From Promethearchaeota archaeon (GTDB lineage: Archaea > Asgardarchaeota > Thorarchaeia > Thorarchaeales > Thorarchaeaceae), in contig WJMJ01000022.1 in NCBI GenBank assembly GCA_014728035.1, positions 64,001 through 128,000 on the forward strand: a stretch of DNA of 64,000 nucleotides, read 5' to 3'. The notes under the pieces are model-generated. The model saw only the letters and a list, made by a program, of their open reading frames with translations, was not told the origin of the DNA and made no database searches. This document shows, in pieces, positions 58,243 to 64,000 of the stretch (positions are counted from its first letter, which is position 1; the number at the start of each line of letters is the position of its first letter). Position numbers and translations under genes: made by a program.

Positions 58243-59019
58243 TCAATCAATTTCTTTTATACTATCAACATATGGAAATTCAGGTTCTCCCTTCAATTCA
58301 CGAAGGAATTCGTATGCTTCATCAATCTGTCTGTCGTCTCCTTCAACGTGAAACGTCACAGACCCTTCAGCCCCATTTATTCCACCTGCAGATATGGGAA
58401 CCGCATGCACATCAAACAACGCTTCAAAAGCCTCCATTTCAGTGAAGGGTACACCCTCTGAAACTGCTATTATTCCAATAGGTTCACCTAATGCGTAGTC
58501 CCATTGATCCCGACCAAATGTTCCTACAAAATCTTCATATTCAGAAGGAATGCATTTCTCTAGACCTGCTGGCATAATAATCGGTATATTTCGTGCAGCA
58601 GCAGTTCCTAAGAACGACCCAACTGTTCCACCAGTTCCACTTGCAAGAAGAACGAGGGGTACCAAATTAGCATCAAGTGCATTGGCACTCTTGATGATTA
58701 CATCATTTGGCCCCATCTCATCAAGGACATCTTTTACTTTGGTCTTCTCAAGGAGCTTACCTTTGTGAAATATTGCATCATACGCTCTTGTTTCGCTTTT
58801 AGTAACCCACAATCCATAGGGAATTGTGAGTCCTGCAATGTGTTTGGTCTTATCATACTCGCCAAGAATCTCTTCTACGAGATACGCACTGGTCGTTCCC
58901 AGTGTGATGCACAAATATCCATGATTTAAAGCAGTCTGAACAATATCAGTTGCTAGGAGCCCTTTTGCAATGAATCGCTTACTTTCAGCGACAGTAAGCG
59001 TGACAAGCAGTTTCTTCAT
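58243..59019 (-). CDS. Conserved hypothetical protein
   Basis: LTVAESKRFIAKG, GTT, KSANALD, PAGLEK and AGGINGAEG motifs. Confidence 0.7.
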   Translation of the reverse strand: MKKLLVTLTVAESKRFIAKGLLATDIVQTALNHGYLCITLGTTSAYLVEEILGEYDKTKHIAGLTIPYGLWVTKSETRAYDAIFHKGKLLEKTKVKDVLDEMGPNDVIIKSANALDANLVPLVLLASGTGGTVGSFLGTAAARNIPIIMPAGLEKCIPSEYEDFVGTFGRDQWDYALGEPIGIIAVSEGVPFTEMEAFEALFDVHAVPISAGGINGAEGSVTFHVEGDDRQIDEAYEFLRELKGEPEFPYVDSIKEID

Positions 59020-59056
59020 CCTATTCTCTCCTTAGTGGCAATATACATTTGGCATT

Positions 59057-60442
59057 TTACTTTGTTGAACTAGCTAAATCATCACGGTAAGCTTGGATCG
59101 TCTTCCTCACAAGACCCCATGAGATTGTTCTTATTGTCGAGAAATATTTTTCCAAGTCAAGGTCACTGTCTTTCAGCAATTTTGACAACTCCTTATCCTT
59201 TTTGACCATCTCTAGTAGCCCTTTGTCTTTCTTACCTTCTTCACCAAGTAATTCCCGAATTCTCTCATGTGCTTTTGGCCGTTCTAAACCTGCTTTGGTT
59301 AATTCGGTGATAACATATTCTGACAGAATCTGATCGTTTGATAAACTGAGATTCTCGCCTATTGCTTCCTCGTCTATCTCCAGTCCTTCGATCACTCTTT
59401 TCATTTCTCGTACTATATAATCCACAAGTATGAATGCCTGAGGAAAAACAAATCGTTCTGTCGAAGAATGAGATATATCTCGTTCCTCCCAACTGATAAC
59501 GTTCTCCAATGCGGGTGATACCAAACTCCTTACTATTCGGGATATCCCACTAATCTTCTCACATGTGACTGGATTACGCTTGTGAGGCATGGCCGAAGAA
59601 CCAACCTGCTCTCCTTTTGCAAACGGTTCAAAGGTTTCCGCAATCTCAGTTCGCTGTAAATTTCGTAGGTCTGTTGCTATCTTATCCAATGAAGATGCTA
59701 GATTTGCTAATGCACATACTACTTCTGCATGCCTGTCTCTCTGAGTGATTTGGGTTGTCACAATGGGATAATGAAGTCCTAACTTGTGAAGTACTTTTTC
59801 TTGCATCAAGATTCCTTTTGGTCCCAGAGCTGCATGACTGCCTGTTGCACCAGCTAATTTTCCTATTATCACTCTCTCACGGGCAGCTAATAGACGCTGT
59901 CGATGACGACGTATTTCATCTAGCCAAACCGCGAATCTAAGACCATATGTGATTGGCACTGCATGTTGACCGTGAGACCTACCTACTGCTACTAGGTCCT
60001 TTGTCGCTACAGCTTGATTGACTAAAACCATACATAATTCTTCAATTTTTGGCATGAGCACATCAAAAGCATCTTTGAATTGTAACGCCAGAGCAGTATC
60101 TTTGATATCGTTACTTGTCAGTCCAAAATGAACCCATCTGGCTCCTGGGCCTTGACACTTCTCTGCAATTGCTTCGAAAAGTGCTGCAATATCATGTCTA
60201 GTTCTAGACTCAATCTCCATTGTGCGTTCAAGGGTCACAGTTTCTGGAATTGCAGCAATGACAATGTCTCCTGCTGCATCTGCAGGAATCAATCCTATCT
60301 CCGATTGCACCTCTGCAACTGTTGCTTCTATCTTCAACCAGAGCTTGTGTCTGTGTTCTTCTTCAAAGATCTTAATCATCTCTGGATGACCATATCTTCC
60401 ATAATCAATAGGACATACTGGCATTTGCTCTGTTCTCCACAT
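59057..60442 (-). CDS. purB: Adenylosuccinate lyase
   Basis: TRHD, HFGLTSND, GRSHGQHA and GSSAMPHKRNP; start probably ATG 60424. Confidence 0.95.
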   Translation of the reverse strand: MWRTEQMPVCPIDYGRYGHPEMIKIFEEEHRHKLWLKIEATVAEVQSEIGLIPADAAGDIVIAAIPETVTLERTMEIESRTRHDIAALFEAIAEKCQGPGARWVHFGLTSNDIKDTALALQFKDAFDVLMPKIEELCMVLVNQAVATKDLVAVGRSHGQHAVPITYGLRFAVWLDEIRRHRQRLLAARERVIIGKLAGATGSHAALGPKGILMQEKVLHKLGLHYPIVTTQITQRDRHAEVVCALANLASSLDKIATDLRNLQRTEIAETFEPFAKGEQVGSSAMPHKRNPVTCEKISGISRIVRSLVSPALENVISWEERDISHSSTERFVFPQAFILVDYIVREMKRVIEGLEIDEEAIGENLSLSNDQILSEYVITELTKAGLERPKAHERIRELLGEEGKKDKGLLEMVKKDKELSKLLKDSDLDLEKYFSTIRTISWGLVRKTIQAYRDDLASSTK

Positions 60443-60477
60443 TTTTCCCCGATATACTCCCTGATATGGTTTGCTCC

Positions 60478-61740
60478 TTATCGGTTTGGTTCAGTAAGAA
60501 CATCCGATTCTTTCTTTGGTACGCACTCTCTTCTTTTCCCATACAGGTGCATCTTTAGAAATGCAATCATAGCTATTATGATTACAACTACATACGCAAA
60601 GATTGTAGCATAAGCCCCAAAGATTCTCCATTCTTCTCCATATCCGTAGGTGTATCCTTCCCATTCTGATAACAGGAAACCAAACAAGAAAAGAGATACC
60701 ACCGACACAGTACCAATTGAAAACTGCATTATCCAGTTTTTGAAACGTTTCTGAAGGATGGATATTAATTCAAATGAAATGAATGGAACTATCCAAATGA
60801 AATACATGTAACTATTCGTTATGTTTCCAATGTATATTGCTAATAGAACTAATATGTATACAAAATTAATCGAACGTTTCATTTTTGGTTGGAATATCTG
60901 TATGTATAGTATAATTGTGACGAATATCAGTATCATCATCAGCATAGATATTATTCTAAGAATCTCTTCTGATGCTCCACTAACTAACATGTAATAGATA
61001 TTGAATGGATGGGCACTTGGAATTTCAATACCCACGAAAGCACTGTAGTGTAGCAATCTAGTGAGTGTGTCAATCCCCCATAGACTGTATCCAATCAGCA
61101 TAATCGACCCAAATACCGATATTTGAATAAGAAATAGTTTGGCTTTCTCTCTCATAGCTATATCTGTATCAACTAGAATTAAAAATGCCACAACTAGCAA
61201 AGGAATGAATTTGAATCCCCCCATAATTGCTCCAATGATGGAAGCGTGCGTCCTATTCTCTCTATATAGATAAAACACAGCCATCAGTCCTATCATGATA
61301 AGTGGATCATCGTCCATATAATCAAAACAAGAATACAATGTAAGAGGATTCAGTGAGATAATTACTGTTGCAATTATCGAATAAAATTCTGATAGATATT
61401 TTTTTGCAGTTATGTAACAGATGTATGGAACTGATAGATATATGATTACAAATGATATAGCTATGGTATATGCCTCTGCATGAACACTGAGCAATGCAGC
61501 AAATAGAAGCAGCATCAATGGTGGGTGCGTTATGAAGGGGCTAATGTAGGGGCTTTCTCCTTCAAGAATTCGCATTCCTGCTACGAAGAAGTGATAGGTA
61601 ATATCTCCGCCAACTACACCATTATCCACAATGAAAAGGATATAGAAACGTTCGAAGATTGATTTGGTAATAATGACATACACTGCTAGAAAAACAACGA
61701 GTCTGTATTTGATTACTATCTCTCTTATATTCGTCCGCAA
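60478..61740 (-). CDS. GT-C membrane glycosyltransferase (GT87/DUF2029-like)
   Basis: GD..Y..G.SPY..HPPL, LNPL, DD and KFIP; about 11 TMs. Confidence 0.7.
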   Translation of the reverse strand: MRTNIREIVIKYRLVVFLAVYVIITKSIFERFYILFIVDNGVVGGDITYHFFVAGMRILEGESPYISPFITHPPLMLLLFAALLSVHAEAYTIAISFVIIYLSVPYICYITAKKYLSEFYSIIATVIISLNPLTLYSCFDYMDDDPLIMIGLMAVFYLYRENRTHASIIGAIMGGFKFIPLLVVAFLILVDTDIAMREKAKLFLIQISVFGSIMLIGYSLWGIDTLTRLLHYSAFVGIEIPSAHPFNIYYMLVSGASEEILRIISMLMMILIFVTIILYIQIFQPKMKRSINFVYILVLLAIYIGNITNSYMYFIWIVPFISFELISILQKRFKNWIMQFSIGTVSVVSLFLFGFLLSEWEGYTYGYGEEWRIFGAYATIFAYVVVIIIAMIAFLKMHLYGKRRECVPKKESDVLTEPNR

Positions 61741-61849
61741 CTCCCTTCACCGTCTTACTAGTCTCGTACTGTGGTCTTCTCTCTGAAATCTTCATATTTT
61801 GATATATCTTTTCCGAGAAATCTATAATGTAGTATTGCTAAATTGATGC

Positions 61850-62830
61850 TTGGTCAAGATTAGTATGATTCACTCTTATTCCGATTCAAAGATAGTTGAA
61901 AACATCCTGCAACTAACGGGATTGATTCAGGAAGCATTGAATTCGCTTACAAGGGCTACAATGAATATCAGTCTTGTACATTCACTATTATATAATGCAG
62001 GATCATACGAATCAGCAATCGCTCAATCAGCTTGTGGTTATCTTTCATGTGGATATAGCGGATATACTTTTCCAACACAGTTTATACCTAATAGACAAGA
62101 AGTGTTAATGGAACTCAAATCAGCCGCAAAACTATGTGATATCTTGTTTTATTCATATTCCGATAAGTCAAAATTAGGGAATGGACGGTCTCTTTGTCTG
62201 GAGGCTGCAGAAACTATTCAATCCCCACTCTTATCTCTTGGTGATGAGATTTTTGCATTTCAATCAGCACTCGGCTACATCTTACCAATATATCGTAGAC
62301 TTGGGAAACTTAAAGAGAAAAAGGTAGTCGTTTCCTGGGGTTATGATACTCGTTTTTCTCTTCCTGCAACTGCTCATGCCTTGGTGTACCTAAGTGCTGT
62401 TCTAGGTGCTGATGTAAGCATCATCGCACCAAAAGATTTCCCCCTCCTTCGTCGAGTACTTAAGAAATCAAAGAAGATTGCTGGCGAATCAGATGGGTCT
62501 GTTGAGACCGTCGAACGTACCGAGAAAGAATATCATGATGCAGACGCAGTCTTTGCATTCAACTGGTGTAGCGTGAATGAATTCATTCGTCCTGAGAGAA
62601 ATAAGGATCTTGCGTTTCAGTATCGTGACTGGCAGATATCTAAAGATTGTTTAGACAATGCATTGTTTATGACTGAACAGCCTCAGAGATTGGATATGAT
62701 TGCAGAGAGAGCTGTTATGGATAGCAGTGCAAATCTTACCTCCCATTGGTTAGAATCCAGAATTCTTGTATTGTTAGCATCAATGGATGCAATCTTTCGT
62801 CATAATTCAACAATTCGAGCTCTGGTCTGA
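61850..62830 (+). CDS. Degenerate carbamoyltransferase-fold protein (YgeW/ArgF'-like)
   Basis: KKVVVSWGY, LGADVSIIAP.DFPL and DADAVF..W; catalytic motifs absent. Confidence 0.65.
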   Translation: MVKISMIHSYSDSKIVENILQLTGLIQEALNSLTRATMNISLVHSLLYNAGSYESAIAQSACGYLSCGYSGYTFPTQFIPNRQEVLMELKSAAKLCDILFYSYSDKSKLGNGRSLCLEAAETIQSPLLSLGDEIFAFQSALGYILPIYRRLGKLKEKKVVVSWGYDTRFSLPATAHALVYLSAVLGADVSIIAPKDFPLLRRVLKKSKKIAGESDGSVETVERTEKEYHDADAVFAFNWCSVNEFIRPERNKDLAFQYRDWQISKDCLDNALFMTEQPQRLDMIAERAVMDSSANLTSHWLESRILVLLASMDAIFRHNSTIRALV

Positions 62831-62872
62831 CCTTGACCGATTCCCATTATTTATCAGGACAGACGATAATTT

Positions 62873-63985
62873 ATGTATCCTATGTGGCGTTTCATGCGAC
62901 CTGATGCAAAAAGTGTCTGGAAAGATAATGACGTGATAAGACGACTATCAAGATATCGAAAGATTATCGATGATAAGCGGTGGGCCAAATATCTCCTAGC
63001 AAAAGACATCATTGTATCTGAAAACCTAGAAGAATCAACGGAACAATTATGGGCAATCCATCAAGATTATTCGGATTTGTTCGATGAATATATGGAAAAC
63101 GTTGATACTGGGAGTGACCGGAAAAGTATTGATGATGATGTTACTGTTTCCTTTTTGGACCTGAAGATTGAGTTGGCAAATAGAATACTCATGAAATGTC
63201 ATTTCTGCGAACGTAAATGTGGAGTAGATAGAACGAAAGACAACACCGGATGGTGTAAGCTAGATGATGTGTCAAGAGTGTCTTCTGCATTTTTGCACTC
63301 TGGTGAAGAAGCACCCTTGGTTCCAAGTGGTACCATCTTCTTCTCATCTTGTTGCTTTGGTTGTGTCTTCTGCCAGAATGATGATATATCCACCAATCCC
63401 CGATCCGGAAGCGCTGTGACACCTCCAGAATTGGCTGTTATTGCAGAACGTCTATTCTCAGATGGTGCAATCAATATCAACTATGTTGGTGGAGACCCCA
63501 TACCAAATACTCATACCATTTTGGCCTCGATGCGTTTTCAAGCATCAAATGTTACTCAGCTTTGGAACTCTAACCTATATTGCTCTATTGAAACAATGCG
63601 CTTGCTATGCGATGTCTTTGATGTGTGGCTTCCTGATTTTAAGTATGGCAATAACGAATGCGGAATGCGTTTGTCTGGCGTAAAGGATTACTTCTCAATT
63701 GTATCAAGAAATCATCTAATGGCCTACAATTCTGGAGAGGTGATAATTCGACATCTAGTTATGCCTAACCATCTTGATTGTTGCACAATACCCATTCTCG
63801 AATGGATTGCTGAAAATATGCCTCAATGCATGGTAAACATAATGGCACAATATCGTCCAGAACATCTCGTTTTGCAACAACCTGATAAGTATCCTGAAAT
63901 TGGAAGGAGGGTGCTGAATAGTGAGATGCGACGCGCCCAAGCGAAAGCTGATGAACTTGGAATTTGTTGGAGGCCAGTAAGCTAG
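62873..63985 (+). CDS. Radical SAM protein, PflX-like
   Basis: CHFCERKCGVDR, HSGEE, SGTIFF, C.FGCVFCQN, PDFKYG and RHLVMP. Confidence 0.88.
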   Translation: MYPMWRFMRPDAKSVWKDNDVIRRLSRYRKIIDDKRWAKYLLAKDIIVSENLEESTEQLWAIHQDYSDLFDEYMENVDTGSDRKSIDDDVTVSFLDLKIELANRILMKCHFCERKCGVDRTKDNTGWCKLDDVSRVSSAFLHSGEEAPLVPSGTIFFSSCCFGCVFCQNDDISTNPRSGSAVTPPELAVIAERLFSDGAININYVGGDPIPNTHTILASMRFQASNVTQLWNSNLYCSIETMRLLCDVFDVWLPDFKYGNNECGMRLSGVKDYFSIVSRNHLMAYNSGEVIIRHLVMPNHLDCCTIPILEWIAENMPQCMVNIMAQYRPEHLVLQQPDKYPEIGRRVLNSEMRRAQAKADELGICWRPVS

Positions 63986-64000
63986 GTCTTTTCTAGAAAG

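Noticed and set aside
168-63940. Numerous 60-185 aa ORFs in the track that overlap confident genes (e.g. 2937-3317, 28742-29299, 55694-56122, 60128-60613)
   Set aside because: Antisense or out-of-frame shadows with no motifs or RBS

Overview
Gene-dense archaeal chromosomal window. An Asgard archaeon, most likely Thorarchaeia, is inferred from the small GTPases with C2H2 partner proteins, archaeal TFB/LeuS/EndA and a 9/4-type tRNA-Sec. No CRISPR array, rRNA, IS element or prophage is evident. Main blocks: (1) a selenocysteine locus with selB, sepSecS, an orphan gene, tRNA-Sec(UCA) and a convergent pstK that overlaps the tRNA; (2) tandem tfb paralogues; (3) two small-GTPase modules whose partner proteins share an N-terminal CxxC..H..H..Dx5RG domain, the first comprising a stand-alone 7-TM protein, a Rab-like GTPase and a DENN-like protein, followed by an ICMT-family methyltransferase and bracketed by a repeated 14-bp palindrome (best candidate for an undescribed receptor/G-protein system); (4) leuS, tsaA and a MerR/GyrI pair; (5) an FAD/CCG oxidoreductase operon; (6) mvhD-G-A [NiFe]-hydrogenase whose large subunit lacks the C-terminal Ni-binding motif (Vhu-like split enzyme); (7) about 20 kb with two tungsten AOR-family enzymes, a C-terminally extended MoaD, a cyclic amidohydrolase, an atypical PreA-like flavoprotein, a deaminase and a degenerate carbamoyltransferase, suggestive of anaerobic nucleobase catabolism. 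All assignments come from reading motifs by eye; no database searches were run.
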